Source of the DNA: an uncultured Microthrixaceae bacterium
Lineage (GTDB): Bacteria > Actinomycetota > Acidimicrobiia > Acidimicrobiales > DATDAH01
DNA length: 64,000 bases
Assembly: GCA_963777805.1 (NCBI GenBank)
Contig: CAVZRY010000012.1
Span: 112,704-176,703 of the forward strand
Direction of reading: 5' to 3'
A program made the position numbers and the translations under genes. The notes beneath the pieces were generated by a model. It was not told where the DNA came from, made no database searches, and saw nothing but the letters and a program-made list of their open reading frames with translations. Of this stretch, positions 19,319-31,403 are shown piece by piece. The first letter of the stretch is position 1. Each line of letters starts with the position of its first letter.

Positions 19319-21079
19319 GTGAACGTCCACCATCACAGCTATGACGCGGTGATCGTCGGCGCGGGCGGCGCCGGCCTGCGGGCGGCCATCGAGGTCGCCG
19401 GCCAGTGCCGGGTCGCGGTCCTGACCAAGCTCTACCCCACCCGCTCCCACACCGGCGCCGCCCAGGGCGGCATGTGCGCCGCCCTCGCCAACGTGGAGGA
19501 GGACTCCTGGGAGTGGCACGCCTTCGACACGGTCAAGGGCGGCGACTACCTGGGCGACCAGCCGGCCATCGAGATCATGTGCAAGGAGGCCATCGACACC
19601 GTCGTCGAGCTGGAGCACTTCGGCCTGCCGTTCAACCGCACCCCCGAGGGCAAGATCGACCAGCGCCGCTTCGGCGGCCACACCCGCAACCACGGCGAGG
19701 CCGCCGTGCGCCGGGCCTGCTACTCGGCCGACCGCACCGGCCACATGATCCTGCAGACCCTGTACCAGCAGTGCGTGAAGCGGGACGTCACCTTCTTCAA
19801 CGAGTTCCAGGTCCTGGACATGGTCTTCGCCGACGACCCGAGCATCCCGGCCGGTCGCCGGGTGGCGGCGTCATCGCCTACGAGATGGCCACCGGCGACC
19901 TCCACGTCTTCACCACGAAGGCCGTGCTCTTCGCCACCGGCGGCTTCGGGCGCATGTTCAAGATCTCCTCCAACGCCGTCAGCCTCACCGGCGACGGCCC
20001 CGGCCTGCTCTACCGCCGGGGCATCCCGCTGGAGGACATGGAGTTCTTCCAGTTCCACCCGACCGGCATCTACAAGCTGGGCATCCTGCTCTCCGAGGCC
20101 GCCCGCGGCGAGGGCGGCATCCTGCGCAACGACGACGGCGAGCGCTTCATGGAGCGCTACGCCCCCACGGTGAAGGACCTGGCCCCCCGCGACATGGTCT
20201 CCCGCTCGATCATGACCGAGATCCGCGAGGGTCGGGGCATCGGGGCGGACAAGGACTGCGTCTACCTCGACCTCACCCACCTGCCGCCGGAGCAGATCGA
20301 CGAGAAGCTGCCCGACATCACCGACTTCGTGCGGACCTACCTGGGCATCGAGCCCAAGAAGGACCCCATCCCGATCCAGCCCACGGCCCACTACGCCATG
20401 GGCGGCATCCCCACCAACGTCGACGGCCAGGTGGTGATCGACGCCGACAACACGGTGCTGCCGGGCCTCTACGCCGCCGGCGAGTGCGCCTGCGTCTCGG
20501 TCCACGGCGCCAACCGGCTGGGGACCAACTCGCTGCTCGACATCGTCGTGTTCGGGCGCCGGGGCGGCAAGGACATGGCCCGCTTCGTCGCCGACGCCGA
20601 CCAGCCCGAGCTGCCCGAGGCCCCCGAGGCCGAGGTCCAGGCCCGCATCGAGAAGATGAAGGCCGGAAGCGGCACGGCCAACACCGCCGACCTGCGCACC
20701 CGCCTCCAGGACGAGATGACCGACAACGCCATGGTCTTCCGCACCGAGGAGAGCCTGGCGCCATGCCACCGGGGTCATCGACGAGCTGACCGAGGAGTAC
20801 GAGCAGGTCGCCATCGACGACAAGGGCCACGTCTTCAACTACGACCTGATCGAGGCCCTCGAGCTGGGCTACCTCATCGAGCTGGCCAAGGTCACCGTGG
20901 CCAGCGCCCTGGCCCGGACCGAGAGCCGGGGCGCCCACTTCCGGGACGACCACCCCCTGCGGGACGACGAGCACTGGCTGAAGCACACCCTGGCCACCCG
21001 CGAGGACGACGGCGGGGTCCGCCTCGACTACAAGCCGGTCATCGGCGGCAACTACGAGCCCATGGAGCGCAAGTACTGA
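19319..21079 (+). CDS. sdhA: Succinate dehydrogenase flavoprotein subunit (frameshifted)
   Basis: GAGGAGLRAA, RSHTGAAQGG, FQFHPTG, DLAPRD, HYAMGG, HGANRLGTNSL, ESRGAHFR. Confidence 0.96.
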
Positions 21080-21779
21080 TGCAGGTCGAACTCCAGATCA
21101 AGCGCTACAACCCCGAGACCGACACCAAGCCCCACTGGGAGACCTACACGGTCGAGATGGAGCCCACCGACCGGGTGCTGGACGCCCTCCACGAGGTGAA
21201 GTACCACCAGGACGGGACCCTGGCCCTCCGCCGCTCCTGCGCCCACGGGGTCTGCGGCTCCGACGCCATGATCATCAACGGCGTCAACCGGCCTGGCCTG
21301 CACGCTGCTGATCAAGGACGTGGGCGACAAGATCACCGTCGAGCCCATCCGCGGCCTCCCGGTCATCAAGGACCTGGTCGTGGACATGGAGCCGTTCTTC
21401 GCCCAGTACCGCTCGGTGCTGCCCTACCTGGTCACCACCGACGAGCCCGGCTACCGGGAGCGCACCCAGTCCAGCCGAGGACCGCGAGCGCTTCGACGAC
21501 ACCACCAAGTGCATCCTCTGCGCCGCCTGCACCACCTCGTGCCCGGTCTTCTGGGGCAACTCGGGCTACGTCGGCCCCGCCGCCATCGTCAACGCCCACC
21601 GCTTCATCTTCGACAGCCGCGACGAGGCCGGGACCGAGCGCCTGGACATCCTCAACGACCGCACCGGCGTCTGGCGCTGCCGCACCGTCTTCAACTGCAC
21701 CGACGCCTGCCCCCGCGGCATCAAGGTCACCCAGGCCATCGAAGAGGTCAAGCGGGAGATCCTGTTCTCCCGGGTGTGA
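21079..21779 (+). CDS. sdhB: Succinate dehydrogenase iron-sulfur subunit (frameshifted)
   Basis: RRSCAHGVCGSD, KCILCAACTTSCP, WRCRTVFNCTDACP; TGATG coupling to sdhA. Confidence 0.95.
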
Positions 21780-21794
21780 CCCCGGCCCTCGGGC

Positions 21795-22436
21795 TCAGAC
21801 GGCGAAGCTGATCGGGAAGGTGGCGATCCACGCCACCGTCCCGAGGAACATCACCCAGCCGACCACCAGCAGGGTGGCCCGCAGCCGGTCGCTGACCAGC
21901 TTGGTGCTGATGCCGGCGAAGAACAGGGCCACGGCGAAGAGCACGACGGCCAGCACGTAGTTGGTCGCCCGCTGGATGTCGCGTGCGCACCGTCGCCGCC
22001 GACACCTCGGCCTGCCGGTCGTACTCGTCGGCCTGGTCCCGGGCTTCGACCTGGTACTCCGGCAGGGCGAACGGCGACGGCGGCGCGTCCGGGTTCTCGA
22101 ACGGGTCGGTGGCCAGCCAGGCGTCGAAGGCGGGCTGGAACTCGTCCCGGAAGCGACTGGCGTAGAAGTCGGCCAGCTCCTCCTCGTCGTGGGCGTCGGC
22201 GTCGACCCACTGGATGAACAGGGCCAGGTCGACCTCGGTCTCGGCCTGGGCCTCGCCCTGGGCCCGGGCGGCGTCGATGCGGATGGCGTTGGTCTGGCTG
22301 GCCGCCTTGGCCTGCTCGCCGTTCCAACGGGTGGCCTGGTAGCTGCTCCACGCGGTGGCCACCGCGGCCACGGCGAGCAGGACGGTGGCCGCCAGCTCGA
22401 GGTGCTTGGCCCGCTGGGGCGGCTCGGCTCAGCCAT
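21795..22436 (-). CDS. Hypothetical membrane protein (frameshifted)
   Basis: ATAWSSYQATRWNGEQ...FRDEFQPAFDAW...PPSPF...YVLAVVLFAVALFFAGIS; coupled to the upstream gene. Confidence 0.7.
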   Translation of the reverse strand: MAEPSRPSGPSTSSWRPPSCSPWPRWPPRGAATRPPVGTASRPRRPARPTPSASTPPGPRARPRPRPRSTWPCSSSGSTPTPTTRRSWPTSTPVASGTSSSPPSTPGWPPTRSRTRTRRRRRSPCRSTRSKPGTRPTSTTGRPRCRRRRCARDIQRATNYVLAVVLFAVALFFAGISTKLVSDRLRATLLVVGWVMFLGTVAWIATFPISFAV

Positions 22437-23269
22437 CGACGAGCGCCGCCCACGTTCGTCACACGGCGGGGTGATCTCGATCCCGGTGGCGTCCGGCGAT
22501 CTCGTCGATGATGCGCAGGACCCGCTCCATCGAGTCCGGCCGCAGCCCGCCGACGTCGTCCTGGAACGGCTGGTTGAAGAACACCGAGCAGGAGCAGGAG
22601 CGTGGTGATGACCGACACCACCGAGCCCATCAGCAGGGCCTGGGTCGTGGCCCGCTCGGCGCTGTCGGCGAAGAACAGCATGTAACAGGAAGATCACGCC
22701 GGAGACGAACAGCAGGACGATCCAGAGCGGGCTCGGGATGACCCCGGAGACGGCGTGCACCCGGTCGTTGCGGGCCTGCTCCCGGGCGTTGGTCTGGTCC
22801 AGCCAGCGGTCGTAGGCGGACTGTTCGGCGTTCGACTCGGGCTCCACGTCGACGCATGGTCTCGAACATGACCGAGCCCCAGGGGTTGATCTCGTCGCCG
22901 AGGGTCCCGGCCTCCAGGCGGTCCCACTCCTCGCCGACCACCGAGCGGCCGTAGCAGACCAGCTCGCCCGTCAGCTCGGCGGCGAGGTCGTCGGCGAAGA
23001 ACTGCGCGGTCTCGAACTGCTGGGCGACGATCGACCGCCTCCTCCTCGGCGCCCGAGCGCGAGGCGTCGTAGGTCGTGAACGACAGGAAGACGATGAAGC
23101 CGAGCAGCACCGAGAAGCCCGTGGCCAGGACGCCGAAGACGCCGGAGGCCCGGTCGCCGTCGGAGAAGTAGCTGCCCTCCGGCGCACCCCTCCGGCGCCA
23201 GAGCATGGCCACGATGGCTGAGTGCCGGTGACGACGGCCACCACGACCGCCCCGATCGAGGATGTTCAT
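22429..23269 (-). CDS. DUF4239/bestrophin-like membrane protein (frameshifted)
   Basis: GVFGVLATGFSVLLGFIVFLSF, YGRSVVGEEW, IPSPLWIVL. Confidence 0.65.
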
Positions 23270-23281
23270 CGGCTCAGGGTG

Positions 23282-23976
23282 TCAGCGCTCGGTGTCCACC
23301 GGGACGTCCGCGCCGAGGACCGGCTCGGGCATCGGCGTGGCCACGGCGGCCGCCGACTCGCGCCGGGCCTTGCGGACCTCCAGCAGCACCGGGATGGCCG
23401 ACAGGGCGATGATCACGAAGATGGCCGGCAGGAGGTACTTGTCGATCGAGGGGACCGTCTCGCCCAGGATGTAGCCGAGGGTCGTGATCCCGACGGCCCA
23501 CAGGAAGCCGCCGATCACGTTGTAGAACACGAAGGTCCGGTAGTGCATGCGGCCCACGCCGGCCACGATCGGGGCGAAGGTGCGCACCACGGGCACGAAG
23601 CGGGCCAGGACGATGGTCTTGGAGCCGTGCTCCTCGAAGTAGTTCTGCGCCTTCTCCACGTACTCCTGCTTGAAGATGCGGGAGTCGGGCCGGTTGAACA
23701 GCGACGGGCCGACCCGGCGGCCGAACAGGTACCCGACCTGGTCGCCCACGACGGCGGCGGCGAAGCAGCCCGGCCAGCAGGATCGGTAGCGGCGGCGAGC
23801 TTGTCCTGGGAGGACAGCAGGCCGGCGGTGAAGAGGAGCGAGTCGCCGGGCAGGAAGAAGCCGATCAGCAGGCCCGACTCGGCGAAGATGATCAGGAAGA
23901 GGCCGAGGGCCCCGAAGCTCTTGAGCAGGTTCTCCGGATCCAGGCTGCCGAGAGCAGCGAGCACGACACTGAGCAC
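23282..23976 (-). CDS. DedA/VTT-domain membrane protein
   Basis: FAESGLLIGFFLPGDSLLF, GDQVGY, ARFVPVVRTFAP. Confidence 0.92.
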
Positions 23977-23998
23977 CGGCTGAGGCTACCGGTGGCCC

Positions 23999-24450
23999 TC
24001 ACCGGTGACCCCAGCGCCGCCACCAGCCGACGGCGTCCAGGTCGAGGGCGTCGGCCTCGATCAGGACCTCGCCGTGGACCGAGGCCGGGGTCCGGCCGTC
24101 GAGGTCAGGCCCGGACCGCTCCCACTCCAGGTCGAAGCCGATGGGCACCCGGCGGCCCACGGTGTCCTCGGGATCGTCCACGGCCAGGGCGAAGGCCTCG
24201 AGGCCGATCGTCCACCGCTGCCCCCGTTCCTCCTCGATGGCATCGGCCCACAGCCCCGAGGCCCGGATCTCCCGCGAACCGGCCCGGGGCAGGGGCGCAT
24301 CGGGCTCGTCGCAGGACGACCAGGTCATGGCCCGGGACGGGCCAACGACGCCGTCACCTCCACCCGGTCAGCGAGGAACACCATCCCCAGGTGCCCGGCC
24401 TCGGTCCCGTCCGCCGCCAGCCACACCCACCGCCACCGCTCCTCAGCCAC
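23999..24450 (-). CDS. Hypothetical protein (frameshifted)
   Basis: EIRASGLWAD..WTIGLEAFALAVDDP..RVPIGFDLEWE..VHGEVLI; coding-like bias. Confidence 0.55.
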
Positions 24451-24482
24451 GCCGCCACCGTAGGGAGCCGTAGCGTGGAGAC

Positions 24483-24836
24483 GTGGCGGAACGGTTTTCC
24501 CCCGAGTGGATCACGGCGATGGATGCCGCGGTCCGCGCCCTGCCGGCGACCGACGCCGCCTTCGTCGTGCAGCAGGTGGTCACTGATCGTGACGGCGAGG
24601 ACGCCTGGCACCTCGTGCTGGGGCCCGAGGGCGTTCGGGTGCACCCCGGGCGGGCCGAGGCGCCCGACGTGACCTTCTCCCAGGACCGGGCGACGGCGAA
24701 CGCCATCGCGGACGGCGAGCTGAGTGCCGGCGCGGCGCTGACCGCTGGTCGGCTCACGGTGCGGGGCGCGACGGCCCGGCTGACCGACCACCGGGAGACC
24801 CTGGCCCGGATCGACGAGGCCTTCGCCAATGCCTGA
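24483..24836 (+). CDS. SCP2 sterol/lipid-binding domain protein
   Basis: FSPEWI..VVQQVVT..PDVTF..D.ATA.AIA.GEL..GRLTVRG. Confidence 0.8.
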   Translation: MAERFSPEWITAMDAAVRALPATDAAFVVQQVVTDRDGEDAWHLVLGPEGVRVHPGRAEAPDVTFSQDRATANAIADGELSAGAALTAGRLTVRGATARLTDHRETLARIDEAFANA

Positions 24837-25667
24837 GATCCCCGAGATCCGAGCGCATGCCGAACGCCTGACCGCCGAGTTCGACGGCGCCGTCCTCGAG
24901 ACGTTCGTGCCCATCTCGTTCACGGCGCTGAAGACCTACGCCCCGGCACCGGATGTGGCCTACGGGTCGCCGCTCCTACGGGTGGGTCAGCGGGGCAAGT
25001 ACCTGTCGCTGGTGTTCGAGCCCGCCACCTTCGTCGTCCACCTCATGCAGGGCGGGCGGCTCAAACCCGACGAGAAGCAGTCCCCGAAGCCCCGGGGCGG
25101 CCTGGCCCGCTGGGTGTTCGCCGACGGCCGGGCCCTGCTGCTCAGCGAGGCCGGGACCGAGAAGCGGGCCGGCGTCTGGGTCGTCGAGGAGCTGCGGGAG
25201 GGCGAGGAGCCCATCGCCCACCTCGGGCCCGACGCCGACTCGCTGGACGCCGCCGGCGTCGCCGAACGCATCGGTGACCAGTCCAAGCGCCTGCACGGGG
25301 TCCTGCGGGACCAACACCCGATGGCCGGCATCGGTCGACGCCTGGCCAACGAGATCACCCACAAGGCCAAGCTCGTCACCGTTCGCCAACGCCTCGAAGC
25401 TCTCGCCCGAGGAGGTCGAGCGCCTCCACGCCGCCATCCAGGAGGCGATGGCCGAGAGCCTGGCCTACGAGCGGGGGCGGGACGACATGAGCTCGTCCAA
25501 GGAACGGCCCGGCGTCGGTCCACCACCGCAAGGGCGAGCCCTGCCCCGTCTGCGGCGACACGGTCCGCGAGGTGGCCTACGTGAAGTACACGGTCAACTA
25601 CTGCGCCACCTGCCAGACCGACGGCAAGGTCCTCGCCGACAACACGACGAGCAAGTTCCTGAAGTAG
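24829..25667 (+). CDS. Fpg/Nei-family DNA glycosylase (frameshifted)
   Basis: N-terminal MPEIPE, RGKYL, HLMQGG, AGIGRRLANEI, C-terminal CPVC..YCATCQT zinc finger. Confidence 0.92.
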
Positions 25668-25695
25668 GACGTGACGCTCTGGCGTGGGGCTGGGG

Positions 25696-25960
25696 GAACG
25701 AGACCGAGGCAACCACGGGGGCCTGGCTCTTCCTGCCGTGCTCGTCGGCGCCCGAACGGGTCTTCTCGCCACCCTCCGTGGCGAACCGCGGTCGAATCGG
25801 CCCGTTCGCCGGCCCCGATTCGTTCTGGCACCGGATCCTCCGGCTATGACCCGCAAATCCGGTGCCAGAACGGGAGGTGGCCACGCCGAGTGAGTTCGGC
25901 GGCAGTTCTGCCCCCGACGGCCTCCGGCCCGTCCCCACGCCCCCATCCCTGCCTTCGGTT
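25696..25960. repeat. Composite intergenic element A: arm > REP-like hairpin < arm
   Basis: Arm 25696-25752(+); 16-bp stem CGTTCTGGCACCGGAT/ATCCGGTGCCAGAACG at 25821-25872; arm 25909-25960(-). Confidence 0.75.
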
Positions 25961-25996
25961 GCGGTGTCCGGTGTCGGTGTCGGTCCCCGGTAGGGC

Positions 25997-26983
25997 TCAG
26001 ATGAGGCCGAGGCCGGCGACGGTGTCGCGCTCGTCGGCCAGCTCGCCGTTGCTGGCGTCGATGCGGGTGCGGGAGAAGTCGTCGATCTCGAGGTCCTGGA
26101 CGATGCTCCACTCGCCGTCGGCCGTGGTGCACGGGAACGACGAGAGCAGGCCCTCGGGGGTGCCGTAGGAGCCGTCGGACGGGATCGCCATGGACACCCA
26201 GTCGCCTTCCGGGGTGCCGTCCATCCAGGTGCGGACGTGGTCGATGGCCGCGTTGGCCGCCGAGGCGGCGCTGGAGCTGCCCCGGGCCTCGATGATGGCG
26301 GCTCCTCGCTGCTGGACGGTGGGGATGAACTCGTTCTCGATCCAGGCCTCGTCGCCGATGACCTCGGTGGCGGGGCGCCCGCCGACCTTGGCGTGGAAGA
26401 CGTCCGGGTACTGGGTCGCAGAGTGGTTGCCCCAGATGGTCATGCGGGTCACGTCGGTGACCGGGACGCCGGCCTTGGCCGCCACCTGGGCCAGGGCCCG
26501 GTTGTGGTCGAGGCGGGTCATCGCGGTGAAGTTCTTCTCGGGTAGCCGGTCGCAGTTGTTCATGGCGATGAGGCAGTTGGTGTTGGCCGGGTTGCCGACG
26601 ACGAGGACCTTGCAGTCGTCGCCGGCGGCGGCGGACAGGGCCTTGCCCTGCACGGTGAAGATGGCCCCGTTGGCCTCGAGCAGGTCGGCCCGCTCCATGC
26701 CCTTCGAGCGGGGGCGGGAACCCACCAGGAGGGCCACGTCGGCGCCCTCGAAGGCGGTCTCGGGCTGGTCGCTCATGACCATGCCCGCCAGCAGCGGGAA
26801 AGCGCAGTCGTCCAGCTCCATGGCCACGCCCCGGAGGGCGTCCATGGCCGGCGGGATCTCCAGCATCTGGAGCTGGACCGGCTGGTCCGGGCCGAGGAGA
26901 TCGCCGTTGGCGATGCGGAAGAGGAGGCTGTAGCCGATCTGGCCGGCGGCGCCGGTCACGGCTACTCGAGTGGGGGATGCCAT
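25997..26983 (-). CDS. mdh: Malate dehydrogenase
   Basis: [54 protein letters not shown]. Confidence 0.97.
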   Translation of the reverse strand: MASPTRVAVTGAAGQIGYSLLFRIANGDLLGPDQPVQLQMLEIPPAMDALRGVAMELDDCAFPLLAGMVMSDQPETAFEGADVALLVGSRPRSKGMERADLLEANGAIFTVQGKALSAAAGDDCKVLVVGNPANTNCLIAMNNCDRLPEKNFTAMTRLDHNRALAQVAAKAGVPVTDVTRMTIWGNHSATQYPDVFHAKVGGRPATEVIGDEAWIENEFIPTVQQRGAAIIEARGSSSAASAANAAIDHVRTWMDGTPEGDWVSMAIPSDGSYGTPEGLLSSFPCTTADGEWSIVQDLEIDDFSRTRIDASNGELADERDTVAGLGLI

Positions 26984-27027
26984 GCCTCGCACGCTACCGA
27001 CGCGGTCGGCGGCGGGGCGAACCCGGC

Positions 27028-28713
27028 TCAGCCCCCGTCGGGCGTCCGCCGACGGCTCCTCGCCGAAGCCCTCGATCTCGCCGGGCCCGGCGGGCGGGGG
27101 CGGCAGGAGGGAGAGGAACTCGTGGATGAGGGGGGCGGCCACCTCGCCGCCGACGCCGCCGCCCTCGACGACCAGGGCGTAGGCCAGGTCGCCGATGAAG
27201 CCGGCGAACCAGGCGTGGGTCTCGGGCGGGTCCTCCTCGCCGAACTCGGCGGTGCCGGTCTTGCCGCCGATGTCCCGGCCGAGGATGGCGACGGCCTGGC
27301 CGGTGCCGGTCCGCACGACCTCCCGCAGGAACTCGGGCAGGTGCTCCCGGGCCGCCTCGGGCAGCTCATGGCTGCCCTCGGCCGGGGGCTCGCCGCTGAG
27401 GTAGGGCGGGCGCCAGGTGCCGTCGTAGGCCGCGGCGGCCACCGTGGCCATGTGCAGCGGGCGTGACCGAGACCCGACCCTGGCCGATGGACGCCGCCCC
27501 GGTCTCGGTGTCGGACTCCGGCAGGGGGAACGAGCCGAACTCGGTCGGCACCCCGAGGTCGTAGGCCTGGTTGAACCCGAAGTACTCCGCCGTCTCGAGC
27601 AGCCGGGTCGGCCCGAGCTGGTAGCCCAGGTTCACGAAGGTGGTGTTGCAGGACTTGGCGAAGGTGTCGATGAAGGGGAGGTCGCCGTAGTCCTCGCCGA
27701 AGGCGTTGGTGAAGGGGGCCGAGTCGCCCGGACGGGTCTCGTAGGGACAGGGCAGGACCTGGTCGGGCTCGGTGCCCGCCGCGAGGGCGCCGGCGGCGGT
27801 GACGATCTTGAAGGTGGAGCCCGGGGCGTACTCCCCGAGCAGGGCCCGGTCGAAGCCCGACGGGTTGTTGGCCACGGCCCGCACCGCGCCCGGTGCGGCT
27901 GTCGATGGCCACCAGCGCCACCGGCAGGGCGACGTCGGCGATGGCGTCCTCGGCCGCCCGCTGGGTGGCGTAGTCCAGGGTCAGCACCAGGGGCTCGGGG
28001 CGCTCGCCCCCGAACTCGTGGACCACCTCGACCGGCCGACCGGCGACATCGACCACCTCGATGCGCCCGGTGGGGTCCCCGGCCAACTGGTCCTCGTAGC
28101 CGGCCTCCGCCCCGTCGGCGCCCACCAGGTCACCGGCGGCGTACTCGAGTCCGAGCTGGGCCGCCTCCGCCGCGCTCAGCTCCCGGAGCTGGCCGACCAG
28201 GGCCCCGGCCAGTTCGTCCTGACGGGGCCCTTCGCCCGGGCCACCTACGGCCAGGGGCTGGCCGCCATCGGCCACGATCGCGGCGCGCTGGCCCTGGGCC
28301 CGCGTGCGCTGCAGGTGGGTCCCGTCGGTCAGCGCCGGATGCAGCGACGCCGGTGAGAACGCCACCCGCCACTCCCCGTCGACCTTCGTGAGATCGAGGG
28401 CGCCGTCGTAGGCCCAGGGGCCGACGCCCTGGAGGCCGAGCTCGGCCCGGAACGACGCGGTGGCCTGGTCGCCATCGGTCTCGACCTCGACATCGCTGGC
28501 CGCCGCCCGCACGACCTGGAGCCCGGTGCGAAACGCTTGCTGCTGGGTGGCGAAGTCAGCCGGCGGATCGGCGACCAGCGCGCTCATCGCGTCCACGTCG
28601 CCGGCGGCCCATGCGGTCAGGTAGTCCTCGGCTGCCGTCTCGGCGGCCGAGCCGCCGTCACCCCCGTCGCTGAGGACCGAGCACGAGGGCACGACGACGA
28701 GCGCGACGACCAC
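27028..28713 (-). CDS. Penicillin-binding protein (transpeptidase with MecA-like N-terminal domain), frameshifted
   Basis: PGSTFK (SxxK), SCNT (SxN), GKTGTAE (KTG); putative lipoprotein signal. Confidence 0.88.
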   Translation of the reverse strand: MVVALVVVPSCSVLSDGGDGGSAAETAAEDYLTAWAAGDVDAMSALVADPPADFATQQQAFRTGLQVVRAAASDVEVETDGDQATASFRAELGLQGVGPWAYDGALDLTKVDGEWRVAFSPASLHPALTDGTHLQRTRAQGQRAAIVADGGQPLAVGGPGEGPRQDELAGALVGQLRELSAAEAAQLGLEYAAGDLVGADGAEAGYEDQLAGDPTGRIEVVDVAGRPVEVVHEFGGERPEPLVLTLDYATQRAAEDAIADVALPVALVAIDSRTGRGAGRGQQPVGLRPGPARGVRPGLHLQDRHRRRRPRGGHRARPGPALSLRDPSGRLGPLHQRLRRGLRRPPLHRHLRQVLQHHLREPGLPARADPAARDGGVLRVQPGLRPRGADRVRLVPPAGVRHRDRGGVHRPGSGLGHARCTWPRWPPRPTTAPGARPTSAASPRPRAAMSCPRRPGSTCPSSCGRSCGPAPARPSPSSAGTSAARPAPPSSARRTRPRPTPGSPASSATWPTPWSSRAAASAARWPPPSSTSSSPSCRPRPPGPARSRASARSRRRTPDGG

Positions 28714-28776
28714 CGTCGCCGCCCAACGCCACCGTCCCTCGTGTCGCCCCAGCCCGCGCTCCTGATCCGCTCGGGA

Positions 28777-30216
<1,440 letters not shown>

Positions 30217-30485
30217 GGGATCCCCCTGTAGGTCGTCAGTGCAGTTCGTCTGCGCTTCGGGTAGCGGCGCGACGGTACTCGTGCCACTGACGATCGCGTC
30301 AGTCAGCCACCGCCAACGAGCCCGGGCCATGGCCACGACGGCACCGAGGCCCCCATCCGCCGTCACCGCACTGCGCTGACTGTCGGGCCGCTCCTACCCC
30401 GGAACCGGTATCTGCGACCAGGGTCTTCGATCGCCCTCCACGGGGCAGGTAGTCGTCGGGAAGACGACACCCCAGGGGGTTCCCC

Positions 30486-31323
30486 ATGAACGACCGATCC
30501 GAACGACCGACCCGAGTCCACCGCGAGACGGCCCGAGAAGCGGGCTTCGGCACGCTCTCGCCGCTCAGCGTCCTGGCCGGCGTGCTCTGCGCCTACGGGG
30601 CCTTCGCCATCGTGGCCGCCATCGTCGGCGCCGCGCTGGCGGCGGCCGACGTCAACACCGAGTTCCGCAGCAACGACTGGACCGGCAGCGGTGCGGTGGC
30701 CTCGCTGGCCAGCGCCGCCGTCCTCTTCATCGCCTACCTCTTCGGGGGCTATGTCGCCGGACGGATGGCCCGCCGGGCCGGGCTGCTGCACGGCGCCCTG
30801 GTGTTCGTCGTGAGCCTCATCGTCGGCGGCGTCGCCGGTGGCGTGGTCAGTGCGTTGGCCGACAACAACGACGTCGAGAACAACCTGCGCAGCATCGGCG
30901 TGCCCACGAGCATGGACCAGCTCACCGAAGTGGCCGTCGCCGGGGCCATCCTGTCCCTGGTCGCCGTGCTCGTCGGCTCGCTCCTCGGCGGGACGCTGGG
31001 TGAGCGTTGGCACACGAAGCTGGCCCGCCGGGTCGCCGATCCCGAGATCGGGACCACGGCTGACGAGCGGGCCCGCCTCGAGGCCGAGGAAGCCGACCGT
31101 CGGACCCGGCTCGACAACGATGACGCCCTACGGCGCGACGTCGACAGCCGAGGTCACGACCTCCGAGCCGGTGATCGTCGGACGGACGCCGCTCGTCACC
31201 CGTCCGGTCGACACCGACGACGGCGTCGACCGTGACCAGAACGTCGACCTGCGGGACGACGAGCCCCGCCTCACCGAGTCCGAGTGGCGCGAGCGGGAGC
31301 TCAGCCGGACCGACCGCAGCTGA
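30486..31323 (+). CDS. Hypothetical membrane protein (about 4 TM, charged C-terminal tail; frameshift near 31170)
   Basis: AYLFGGYVAGRMARRAG, LGGTLGERWH. Confidence 0.7.
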
Positions 31324-31336
31324 TCGCGGGTCAGCC

Positions 31337-31374
31337 CGAGAACCGTCCCGGCAACGACGCCGGGACGGTTCTCG
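31337..31374. terminator. 16-bp perfect hairpin between convergent genes
   Basis: CGAGAACCGTCCCGGC-aacgac-GCCGGGACGGTTCTCG. Confidence 0.7.
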
Positions 31375-31403
31375 CCGTCTTCTGCGGCCATCGCCGGCGT
31401 GGG

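Noticed and set aside
25997-27451. PBP-malate dehydrogenase fusion
   Set aside because: mdh has its own leaderless promoter and ATG at 26983, and an out-of-frame TGA follows a G-homopolymer at 27028.
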